From positions 806,001 to 870,000 of the forward strand of contig JAYWIR010000027.1 in assembly GCA_036172245.1 (NCBI GenBank): a DNA stretch of 64,000 nucleotides, given 5' to 3'. The notes beneath the pieces are model-generated. The model did no database searches and was not told the DNA's origin. It was given only the letters and a program-made list of their open reading frames with translations. The position numbers and the translations under genes were made by a program. Shown here piece by piece: positions 47,765 to 59,700 of the stretch. How positions within the stretch are numbered: the first letter of the stretch is position 1; the number at the start of each line of letters is the position of its first letter. The DNA is from Raillietiella orientalis (lineage: Eukaryota).

Positions 47765-50700
47765 ATGCGCCACGACGACGGCAGCGATCTGCCGTCCATC
47801 GATCCTTCGCGGGCTGCCGACGAAGAGGCGGAGGAGATCGCGGCAGAGCGAGAGCTCGCGGAGGACGCCGAGTGGAAGAAGATCCAGCAGAACACGTTCA
47901 CGCGCTGGGCCAATGAGCACCTGAAGGCCGCCCACAAGCACATCGACAACCTCGAGACGGACCTGAGCGATGGGTTGCGCCTCATCGCCCTCGTGTCCGC
48001 CCTCTCCCAGAAGCAGCTGCCCAGGTACAACAAGAACCCAAGGTTACGCTCCCAGAAGCTGGAGAATGTGTCCGTCGCCCTGCGCTTCCTGGAGCACGAC
48101 GAGCGCATCAAAATCGTCAACATCGGTGAGTTCCTGGGAGGAGAAGGTCGATCCCTGAGGGTAGGGGAGTGGGGCGCACCAACAAGCCGCTTTTCTGCCG
48201 TCCTTCCTTCCCTTCAGAGGAACTGACCGAGATCTGAGCTCCCTTCTTCCCCTCTTATGTGGGCGAGGAAGAAGGGGCTTCGAAGGGGGAGGGTGACCGG
48301 AGGTGGTGTCTGCGGAAGAGTTCAGGAGAGGGGCAGTGACGGCAGAGGCTGCCGCCGTGCCTCGGGCTCGGGCGCTTCCAGCGCCCCCACGATCCCAGGT
48401 CCAGCTCCTCCGCGCGCGCTACCTTCTGTCTTCCACCTTCCTTTCTTTCGGACACGCGGCGTTCTGGAGGGAGGAGGCGACTGGACGGAAGAGAACTCGG
48501 ACCATCTCCTTCCTGTTTTCCGGGCCCATCCTCTGCGGTCGCCGACGGACGGATGCACGAGGAAGGGACGCTCACCCCCTCCTGCGCATCTCTTTCTGGG
48601 CAGATTCCTCTTGCTTTCCTCCTCCTCCTTCTCCTCCTCGTCGTCCCCTTCCATCTCCTCATCTTTACCTTCCCTTCCTCCTTTTCCCTTCCTCTTCCTC
48701 CTCCTCTCCCTAGTCCATTCCGGATAAGCGACTTGCCTCTGGTGCCTCCCTTTGGAAGCTCCGGTTTCCCCCGTCTTCCCCACAAAGAGAAAAGAAAGGC
48801 GCATGGGGCGAGGCAAGGGATGCCGGCAGGGAGACGTGATGTCCTCTCTTGCAGATTCGAGCGACATCGTGGACTGCAAGCTGAAGCTCATCCTCGGGCT
48901 GATCTGGACCCTCATCCTGCACTACTCCATATTCCTGCCCATGTTCAACTTCGAGGACAAGGCGCAGTCCAAGAGCACCCCCACTCCCAAGCAGAGGTGA
49001 GCGTCGCTCCCCTTCCGCCCCCTCCCCTCCCATGGTCGGGGCTGGAAGGAGAGGGTTTAGTAGCGAAGACAGCGTTAGTCACGTGCTGTGGCGCCGCTCC
49101 TTGGGAAGATTGCGGGGGCGTCCGGAACCGCCCACGTGGAGAGCATGCCGGGAGCGCCGGTTCCCCGGCGAGCGGGCGTTCTGCTGCTCCTCCTCCTCCT
49201 CTATTCCTGGCCTTCCTATTCTCCTTCCGTAACCTCCCACTGCGACGCTTTTCGCCCTCTTCCCCTCCCCCCTTCCTCTCTCCAGATTTCCTGGATCCGT
49301 TCCAGGCCCGTCCATCGGCCTCCCCGTCTTCCTTTCCTCCCTCGCTCTTCTCTTCCCCTGCCCGATCTCCCCCGCTTCCCAGCCGTTCCCAGCGGACGGG
49401 GGGAGGGGCAGCTGGCCGAGCGGCAGCAGTCGCCCTAGAGCCAGAGGGACGAGGACGATTGCCTCCCCGAGGGGTCTCCCCCAGGGCGTTGCCGCGCAGC
49501 TGGAGTCCTCAACAGTCCAGGAACTTCGCGGCGTGTTTCCCGAGGTGCGCCGGCTGCGCCTCCGCACAGCCCCACGCCGACGCCGACGATGGCGGCTCCG
49601 AGGAGGAGAGGGCTGGGAGCCAGCGACTCCTCCCTCGGGCACTAAGGGAACCTGAGGGTGGTCTCTGCCCCCGATAAAGCCCCTCTCCCCTGCCGCTCCA
49701 TGCCCAGTCCGCGCTGGAAAGGTAAAGAGAGGCGATTCGGCCAGTCGCCTCGGGTGACGCGGTGCACGGGGGGAGGGTGCGCTTCCTCACAGTCGTGGGT
49801 CGGGCGGGTTCCTGGAACCCGCGGCCGTTGATCTCTCGCTGGACCGTGGGAACAGTTGGGTTCCTCCCTGCCTCCGTCTTTCCCCCTCCCACCCGCGAGC
49901 ACCTGTTCCAGGAAGCGGGAACGAGTCTGTGTTGGGGGGGGGGGGGGGAAGGAAGGAGGGAGTCGACCCAGTTCCTTTCGGAAATGGTACCGCCTCTCCT
50001 CGCACCTCAGGAAGGAGAGCAGCGGCAGGGGCGTGGCCGTCCTCTCGGATTCCGGGGTTCCTCCAAGACGGCCTCGTCACGCTTGACCTTTGCTCGCCTC
50101 GCTCGTTTTCCTCGCGCGCACCGTCCGGGCTGCTCGGGCAGTGGGGAGCAAAGTCAGAGAGAGAGAGGGATGGGTGGGAGGGGAGAGGGGAGGGGAAGCC
50201 TCCCAGTGGAGGATGGCGCCGCCACTCTCGTCAACGGAACGCTCGGAGAAGGCGCGCAGACCGGCGGTGCTTCCCTCCCTTTCCTCGCAGCGCTTGCGTC
50301 ACGCTGCAGCGCGCCGCTCCCCGTCACGGGTCGTCGCGGACGCTCTTCGGGCACCCCCGAGTCAGGAGCGCCACCCAGCGCGCCAAAGGTTCCCCCAGTC
50401 CCCGTCTCACCCCGCACCCCTGTCTGGGCGGATCCTGAGTGAGTGACCTCCCCTTTTAGTTCCTCCCTCTCTCGGTCGCTCTTGCTCACTTCCTCTACCA
50501 GCGGGGGGCCGTCGAACCGCCCGACGACCACTGCGAGGCCACCCGCTTTCCGCGCCCCACCGCCACAGTAGCCACGGCACCCAGCGTTCGCTCACGACCT
50601 ACGTCTCGTCTGCGTGTCTCCTGGAGGGGACCCCCGCACGCAGGCGGCGCCGCACGGACGCCTCGTGTGGAGAAGAGGCTCCAAGAATCGAACGAGGGGA

Positions 50701-53700
50701 GTCACGCCCGTGCCTCGTCTGCGAACGCGCGCGCGTCGGAAGGAGTACGGGGAGAGGCGGACGAGAGCTCGTTTGCATCGCCGGAAGCTCGTCCGAGTGG
50801 CATGTGACCGCACCTGCGTTTTCGTTCCTCCAGCTGACCGCGGACTCTCCTCCTCCGTTTCTTGCCGCCACCTCGTCTCGGTGAAAGCGTCGTCGTCCAC
50901 GCGGCTTCGGAGGGGGGAAGAGCGCGTTCCCAGGAGCTGCTCCCGGCCGCCGCCGCCGCCGCCGCTGTCCAGCCAGTTTTCTTTTTTTCTTCTTCCCCCG
51001 CTTCTTCGTTCCCTCTCCTCGCCGACGAGACCGCCTTCTCCTGCCGGTCGGACGGACGGCGCGCGCGCGGGCGGCGAGAGATCCCGCACCCGACCTTTTA
51101 CCGCCGTGCGGCGTGGGCGGGGGACCAACCCGCGGTTTCCCGGGTGGGAGGAGATGCGGGTCCGCCCGCCTCGGAATCCCCAGCGGAGCGCTCGTCATGC
51201 CGGCCGTCCTCCCGGATGTCTTGGCACGGCCTGCAAGCGAGGGAGAGGCGCTCCCCGTCAGCTGTTTTTTGGCCCTGCCAAATTTAGCCGCGGTGTGAAT
51301 CACACGAGTGTGTGGTTCCGGGAGCCTCCTGCGCGCACCGTGCTAAATTTAGGGACGCATTGGGAGCAGGTTTCACCCGGGGGATCCTGACAGGAGGGGT
51401 CCGGGAAAGCTGATCGCCTCTCCGGGACTGAAGGAGAGAGTTGCGGGGGAGGGAGGGAGGGAGAGTCGGCGCTTATCCGCGCGTCGCGAGCAGCCACGCC
51501 ACCGTTCGGCGGACGGACGCAGCGGAGGTCCCGTCTCAGCGGGGAAGGTGGCGCTCGTGCGTCGAGAGGCGAGAGAGATGGCGGGAGAGAGGAGGGAGGG
51601 AGGGGGAATTGTCAGTTGAGGCCGCTGCATCGAGGACCGAAAGCTCCCCCCTCCTTCCTCCTCCACCCGTTCTCTCTTTCTTTCCTTTCTTCTTGGAGAT
51701 TTCGCTTCTTCGTCTCAGAGGACGAGGGCTGCCGTTTGGGATGAGGCGGGATGAGGGGAGCCGTTTCGTCGTCTCGTCACAACCCGCCAGTCGCCGTTTG
51801 ACGGCTGCCGCCCCCATCGTTGCGGATCGAGCAAACTCGTCCCGCAACAATGGGATCAGCGAAAGTTTTTTTTTTAATTTTATTTTCATTCCCCCCGGAG
51901 GACGGAAGGCTTCAACAATGGAGCGAATCGCCCCTCCCCCCCCTCCTCCACGCGTGTCATCGCAGGCTGCTGGTCCGTTTCTGCGCCCACAATCACCACC
52001 ACTCTGCGGCTTTCCCCGCTCGTCGTGAATTCTCTCCTCTTTTGCGCACGCGCACGGTGGACCTTCCGCCTCCACCGCTCTCTTTTCGTGTCACGGGAAC
52101 GCTCTCCGGGATTCGACTTCCCGGTCGTTCGCGGAGGAGCTTTCCTGGGAACCGACCTGCCCCGAAGAGCGCCACCGTCATCTCGGCACGCCGGACGCTT
52201 TTCCGTCCATGCAACCGGGCGCAGGGCTACCCGGCCCCTCTTTCGCCTCCCGTGGCCCTGGGAAACACTGGAAACGGAAACAAAAGCCAAGGGGGGGGGG
52301 GAGAAGGCAGAGAAGGAGGAAGAACTCGGGGGAAGCACCTGCTTCCCTCTCGGGCGTCATGCACGCCCCTTAGGAGGGGAGGCCCAGCGTGCCACGCCCG
52401 GCAGGAGGCCGTCGGGAAAGAGGAAAGGGCTGGAGGGAACGATTGCAGTGCAAAAAATAAAATAAAAAAACGGCCTCCCTGATCCGATCCGAACAGGAGG
52501 GAGGCGAGGAGAAGCGGGAGCAGAAGCGGCCCGGTCCTCTCCTCGGATCCCTAGGCGAATCGCTCCCTCTTTCAGGGACGGGAAGACGCCGCGCGGCTCG
52601 TCTTCGGCGTGCCCCGGACGCTCCCCGGTTTCCTGCACCCTTGTCCCTTTCCGGGTCTGCGAGGCTGCCGGCTTCAAAGGAGGGGGAGGGGGGATGCGCG
52701 CGGCGGCGGCGGGGCCACCGACCGCCTCGCTGGCGGCGTTTCGGTCCAGCGAGCTCGCGGCACGCGCGCGCGTCCCCAGGCCAGGGGTTCCCGCCGCATG
52801 CCGCGCGTTTTCACCGGGGAGAGGGGGGGAGACAAACCGCTGCCCGGGGCCACCGACTGAAGATATCTCTGACCTGACCCCTCTCTCCCTCAGGCTCCTG
52901 AGCTGGATCCAGAGCAAGCTATGCGACCTGCCCGTCGGGAACTTCACATCCGACTGGAACGATGGCAGGGCCGTCGGAGCCCTCGTCGACGCGATCGCCC
53001 CAGGTACTTCGCCCTCACCGACCCTCCTACCCTCCCCGCTTCCCTCCTTTCTCCCATTTGACTCTCTTCCTGCCAGGTCTCTGCCCGGACTGGAGCGACT
53101 GGAAGCCCACGAACGCCCTGCACAATGCCAAGGAGGCAATGGGCCTGGCGGAAGACTGGCTGGGTGTCCCTCAGGTAGGTCATGCCGGGGAGATGCGGGG
53201 CCACCCGGAAGCCGGTAGGGTGAGGTGGACGTTCTGTCGCCTTCCCCCCCTCCTGCTCCCTCCCTGCACTGCTGGAGGGCGTGTCCTTCACCGTCCGTCA
53301 CCAGACTCCGGGCCTTCTTCTCCAAGCTCCTCTCTTTTCGCTGTAGCTCATCACCCCTGAGGAGATGACCAACCCAAACGTCGACGAGCTGTCCATGATG
53401 ACCTACCTGTCCCAGTTTCCCAATGCCAAGCTCAAGCCGGGGGCGCCCCTCAGGCCGCGTTCCAATCCCAACAGGTGAGTCCTGGGCGCTCCTTCCTAGT
53501 CGATGTGGTCGCCGCCTCTCGGCGCCGCTTCTGACCGAAGGGAGCCATGGCGCTTCCATGGCGGGCGCCAGGTGGTTGGTGGCTGGCGCCTTCTCGGCCA
53601 CCGCCCCCGTCACGCGCCGGATGTCTTCGTCGCCTGCGTGGTCGTCGTCGAAGGCTCGGGACCCCGGGGGTTGAGGTTTCCCAGGCGATGACGAATCGGT

Positions 53701-56700
53701 CCGCCCGCGGCTCCTGGATCGCTCCAGCCGCAGCTGCGGCCTGGCGCGCGCGTTTCCTGCGCTCCCCCTCCGGCGTTCCTTTGCGCAGGAGGTCGCGCGA
53801 AACGTACCAACCACGGGCACCTGGCCCCTCCGCTACGGGGTTGCCGGAAGGAGGGCTCGGCCCTGTTTGCCTCTGCCCCGGAAGCGACGGTTCGCAGCTT
53901 CCGGGTCCCTGCACCCCTCCTGTATTCCGGGAGACGCCCTTTTCTACAAGGATCGCGCGTTTTCGCGCGGCCTTCCACAAGGTCGTCCGGGGATGCGCCG
54001 GGCAGCGACCTTATCCGCGCTTCCCCTGGCGCTGCATTGTCTGGAAGGTCCGAGGGCCTCTGCCCTACCCTCTCCTGCGTGCGTTGCCGCCAACTTCACA
54101 GGAGCTCATCGAATTCATGTGTTCATTTTTTTCTTTCCGATTCGGTTGGTTTCTTCCTGACCTCTTCGGCGCTCCAGGCCATGGGAACGGTGAGTGGTGA
54201 ACGCATCCCGAGTGCCGCATCTTGCGTGTGCTGCTGCTGCTGCCGCCACTGTCTTCCTCCCCCTTTCCCTCTTGTTCCTTCTCCGCCTCATTCAGCCCCC
54301 TTAGAAACGGCATGCTTAGCTTCCCGGCGCCAACGCATGGTGGCGCATGTTCCCCGAACATTTTCCGCAGCACCCCTGCCCCTGCCTGTCCCTTCTCGTG
54401 CTCGACGCTAACGGCACGGTTTGTGTAGCAGCTAACCAAGGGGAGGGGTGGAGATGGGGCGCGCGGTCTCTGGAGGGAGACCCCGCCTTCCTGCATGACC
54501 CCTTCTCCCCCTCCCGTCCTCGCTGCAATACGCGCCCGCCCTCATCTGGGGCTCGTGTCTTCCAGGGTGAGGGCTTATGGACTCGGAGTGGAACCCCGCG
54601 GCGTCGTGGAAGGGGCGCCCGCCCCGTTCCTCATCGACACCTTCTCCGCCGGGAAAGGCGTGGTCGACGTCAAGGTGTTCGGGCCAGGTGGCAAGCCGGA
54701 ACCGGTAACTTCATCTTTTCACTGACCTCACGCGCTCTGCTGCCGCTGCCGGAGGACGCCTCCTTCGCCTTTCGGTGTTCCGCTTTGGACTCAACGATCG
54801 CCAGCCTCTGGCAGGAGTCGTGCGCCACCGTTCCATCTCTCCCCGTCGTGTTCCCGTCCACCTCCGCGACGCGGACCCACGCGGCCTCTCTCCTCCCACT
54901 CCGCGGAGAAAATACTGCTCGTTTCGCGATCAGGAGGGGTGATGATGGCTCCCGTCATCGGGATGCCTGCCTCCGGAGGGAATTTCCGGCTTCTCCCGTT
55001 CCTCCGCAGCGCGGCGCATGCGGCGCCCCTCCCCCTTTCTCACCACGCGTGCCGCCATGCGCCACGCCGCTTCCCTCTAACTCGCCGAACCTCGCGGAGA
55101 TCGGAGTGCCCGGTATGCGCCGCTTCTCTTTTTGCAAGCGCTCCGCGGAAGACGCTGGACGCTTCACTGGAAGCGGAGGCGCACCGGCCGGTGGGATCCT
55201 TTTGGCATCGCAAAGCCTCCGACGTCACGTTTCGCCGCACCACCCCTCCAAGTTCCGTCCTTTTGTTTCTGTCCCAGCTAATCTTCGAAGGGTAGCTGAG
55301 GTGTGCCAGTGCACTGAGTTGCCACCTCGTTTGCGGAGGGCCAGCCGAAAGCAGTGAAGCCTCCACTACTCAGGGCATCGTGGTCCATTGCAACGTTTTT
55401 TATTCATCTTCACCCGTTTTTTTCCTTTTTTTCTTCCGGGTTCTCAGACTCCGTTGTCTCGCCGTTGAACCTCTGTGTTGGTTGCGGAGGAGGTGGACAG
55501 GAGGATGGTTGGTAGCACAGGATGGGGTGGGAGGAGGGGGGAAGCGAATCGATTCGGTTGCAAGAGGCAGGAAGCAGGTGATCTCCAGCCCTCTCCGCCA
55601 ACGAGAAACCGAACGCCGCAGTCTCGCGGCAAAGAGCACGCTGAACGCGGAGACTTTCCAAGGACATGATTCGCCGTTTGGCAACTGGAGACGCGGCAGA
55701 GGAATTCGTGTGCTCATCATCGGCACGGAGATCCCATATTCCGCGCGAGCTGAGTCACTCTCTCTCTTCGGGAGGCTGAAAGTTCGATCGGGCCATGGAG
55801 ATATCGTGCAGCGCGTTGAGTAAAATTTCGTGCCAGGGTCGTTGGCTGGGAAGTTGCAGCGTTTCTCCGAGGGGATTCGTCGGACACGTAGAAACACCAC
55901 CCGTTCGGCTGAGCTGCCCGCGTCGTCGGTGTACGAACCAGCCGAACCATCAACTGACCGCCGCTCGCCCGCGGAACGGGTTGGCCGAGCGTGCGCTCGG
56001 AATTTTATTGCCGGGAGAATCTTTGTTCGTCCGTCCTCCCTCGCCCGCTTCCCCACATCCGCATGGAACCCTTTTGTACCGGAAGAATTCTCCCTCCTGC
56101 TCCCCTTGCACCTGTCGAGTTACGACAATGCAGGGGCATCCACGGGAAAGAGGTCGACAAGGCGTTCCTCTTTTTCCTGGATGAGAGTGCGACGAAGAGT
56201 ACCGTGCTCTGAGGAGGTTACCGCCACCAAATGCGTCTCGCCCGACCGTTGAGCATCGTCCAGCGAACGATGTTTTTACATGAAGAGCCAGTGAGCATCT
56301 CTCACTCGCAACAACTCGCAACTCTGTCGGCTTGTCAAGAGGGAACAGGATGCCTTCCGTCTTCTTTCTTTCCAGACAAGAGACAATTTACAAGCATCTA
56401 ATCGTGGACTACTTGCCTGGCTGCACGTGTCTCCTCCATAATGCAAGCATTCATTTTTTTCCCATTAGAATATGGAAAGGGAATCAGTCACCTACAAGGG
56501 ATCTATAAATGCGGTATTCTGCCTTTTTTGTGTGTTTTCCATGTTTTATCAAGTGCTACCAGAATTGATTCTTCTTCCTAGCACGGTTTCGTTTTCCTTT
56601 CTTTTTTTTTTGTTTGCTTAATATTTTCTCATCCACCAGGAATCATTAACATGATTTACGGTACCAGCACGCATCATTTGCTTTTCACCTCTTAGACTAT

Positions 56701-59700
56701 TAAGTGCTTTTATGGATTCGTATTTTTTCCCTCCTTTATTCTTTTTACTTTTGACAAAGGAGATCAAAAGCCTTTTTCTGCATGCGAAAGGAACAGCTTT
56801 TGTTTCCACAGCGTTTTTCCAGTGTTCGTTCTCACCGCCGTATGCAACGCCGTCTGAACGCGTCAGCGAGATTCGAATACGAACGAAAGCGAAACCGTCA
56901 TGGCAACCGTGCGGTTCGCGAGTCGACGGCACGCGTGCAGTGCGGCAACAATGCGGTCCGTGTCGGCACGCGTGCAGCGCGGCAACAATGCGGTCCGAGT
57001 CGGCACAAGCGCTCCAGCCAGCGCGGCAACAATGCGGTTCGAAAGTCGACAGGAGCTCAGGAGGGCGCGGCAACTTTGAATCTAAGCGGCCAATCAGAAC
57101 CGCGTTCGCACGCGAGGGAGCGAATGAACAGACCAACTCCACGGAAGGCAAAGTGAAACTGGTTTGTGAGTTCGCAAGGTCAAGGTGGCAGCGACACGAG
57201 GAGAAATTCATTCTTCCGATCTGAGTGGTCCTCCGACGATTCCTCGCAGGGCATTCTTGTCATCATCAAACTGCAGTCACCGGTGTGGAAGCCCGCTCCA
57301 GTCCAGTGACTTTACGGCCTGCCGAAATTCTTCGATCGTCGGCAAACGGAGCCAAGTCCAACCGCCGAGAACCTCCTTGACGTTTCGTCAGTGCCCGGAA
57401 AGCTTTCCTAGCAGTGATGCATTATAATTATCATACATCTCGCATCTTGCTTTCTTGGATCGCGTTCTCAAAAAAGAGTAACTGATTTTTTTTTTTTTTT
57501 TTTTTGGGGGGGGGGCACCTTGCGAGTTTCTAGGGGGGCACGTTCCCTTCAGGCTTCCCAGTGTCCCCACGAAACAGCCTTGCCCGCTGGGACGTAAGGG
57601 AAAAGCGCCGAACAAACAAAATTCATATGTCAAATCCACCTCGCTATGAGCGGCAACGCATCTTATGAATCAACAATTTCAAAATATGCGTTTCCATAGA
57701 TTACGCCCACAGAGCAACTGAAACGTAAACATCCGTCTGCATTTTTCCCATTATTTGTGGACCTAGAAAGAAGCAAAACATACACATACTCAAAAAAACA
57801 CACACACAACACAAAAAAAACTCCCACATGATCTCCTGATGAGCGTCGAGGAAGGAGTAAAAACAATGACTGGAGCAGTGATCCCAGTTTATCTTATCTT
57901 TTTCATCACGTAACCCACGAACAACTTGAAATTCTTGACAGTGAAATACCAAATCCCTGTCAACACGGCGCTATTCTCGCCAGGGACCCAACTGGAATCC
58001 CCCTCGGAAACAGAGAGGTTGATGTCTTGCCGCCTCTTTGAGTGGGGATGCTCGGGCGTCGATATTTACATTGTATCTGGTTTCTCGGAGGGAATGTTTC
58101 CTAGTGATGCGTGTTGCCATGCAAGTCTGTCATGCTCCCTCTGTGACGTTTTTTTTTTTTTTTTGTTATCCTCCCTCTCGACGTAATTTCGTTTTCCGAA
58201 AGCTGACTTTCCCCTTCTCCGTGTTCTGTCGCCGAGTTCCGTTTCCAAGAAGACAGCTTCCATGCCTGTTGAGGCGTCTACGCGCGTTCGTGACCGGGTC
58301 TCTCTCTTCCGGGAGCCGGACGCCGAGCCGCACCCCAACGTCGCCTCCACTCTTCTCTTCCTGCCTTCCACCTCGCTAGCCGGGGGGGTGCTCTTGTCCT
58401 CGGGCGAGGGAGACGCATAAAAGTGGCAGCGTGTGTCGAAGTGTGGGTAGTTGCGGGAGTGGAAGGATGGCACTAATTACTGCGAGACGGCGGCGAGACC
58501 GACTGTGACGTGCTGATAGCTGTGTGTTTTGTTTCAGTTCTGGATCGTAAACATTCCTTGTTCGGCCCGTGCGGGATCGCTGCAGTTCGAGCGGTGCGAA
58601 AAAGCGAAAAGTTAAGGATACAAAAAAATCAGGAAAAAACGAAAGCTATGAATAAAAATAGAAATCGCAGCGAATCCAAAGGGTAACAAAAAAAAATGGA
58701 ATGTACGGATATGAGCAAAGCAACGAAAAGCGAGATGGAATTTTTTTTATTTTTTTTTTAAAAAATGGATCGAAGTCAAAACGAAATAAACGGACAGTAA
58801 CTGACTGACGTTGCTCCCGTGTGATGCTGCGGAAAGCACGCCGTGCATTACGCGTGCTCGTAAGGGTGTGCAGCGATGTGCACGGGAAAGATGGGAAGAC
58901 GACAAGAACGGAGAGCGAAGCTGTGGACTTGCGAAACATGCTGATGGCTATCGCCTTTTAATAAGAGGAAGAAGGGAGAAAAAAGCGACAACGAGAAAGC
59001 CCTGATGTTTTCCTGAACGGCTTTCGAACTCTTTCGTCCCGAGTAGGAAGCAAGCCGCCGGGAAGGCGAAAAAGAAGCAGGAAGGCAGCCTCCGGGACAG
59101 CAAGAAACAGACGGCTCTCGGAGGCGTGCGATCTCTTCCGGGAGAGCGGAGGCCGGCAGCTTCCAGGACTCGGAAGAGCCAAGAGAGGGGACACTGCTGC
59201 TTCCTGTGCAGGTGTTTTCCTCAGAGCGAACTTCCGCGGCATCTCCGTGAGTCCCTGGTCCGGAACAGAGGAGGAGCGATGAAGCAAAGATGCGCGTGGG
59301 GAGGAGGAGGAAGAGGAGGGGGGGGGAATCTCCGCTTCGAGGCTGCCTGGCAACCGCTGCTTCGAGGGGGGTTACGCGCTCATCAGTGGCATGTCTGCCG
59401 CTTCCCAGAGCGGCAGCCTTATCGAACTTCCTCGAGTGGAAGGCTCACGGAAACGGCGGCTGCTGCCCTCTTGGACGTCTGCCTGTCCTCGCGGCAATCC
59501 CCCCGGCGGACTCACATCCGCGCCGGGGCACAGAGTCCGGCATGAGCACTGACCCGGGTGTAGTGTCTGTGCTGAGGCCCGCTTTGGGGAAGCGGAGGCG
59601 GGTTCTCGTACCTTCACGTGCCTAGAGGGGAGGGAACGTGGGAGAGCCAGGGTGTTCTGCTGGCTCCGCGATGCCCCCCGTGGCCGCCGATGCAGTCCTC

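Noticed and set aside
56901..57050. CRISPR-like spaced repeat
   Set aside because: The units are contiguous 37-bp tandem copies with near-identical intervening sequence. The context is a eukaryotic intron with no cas genes.
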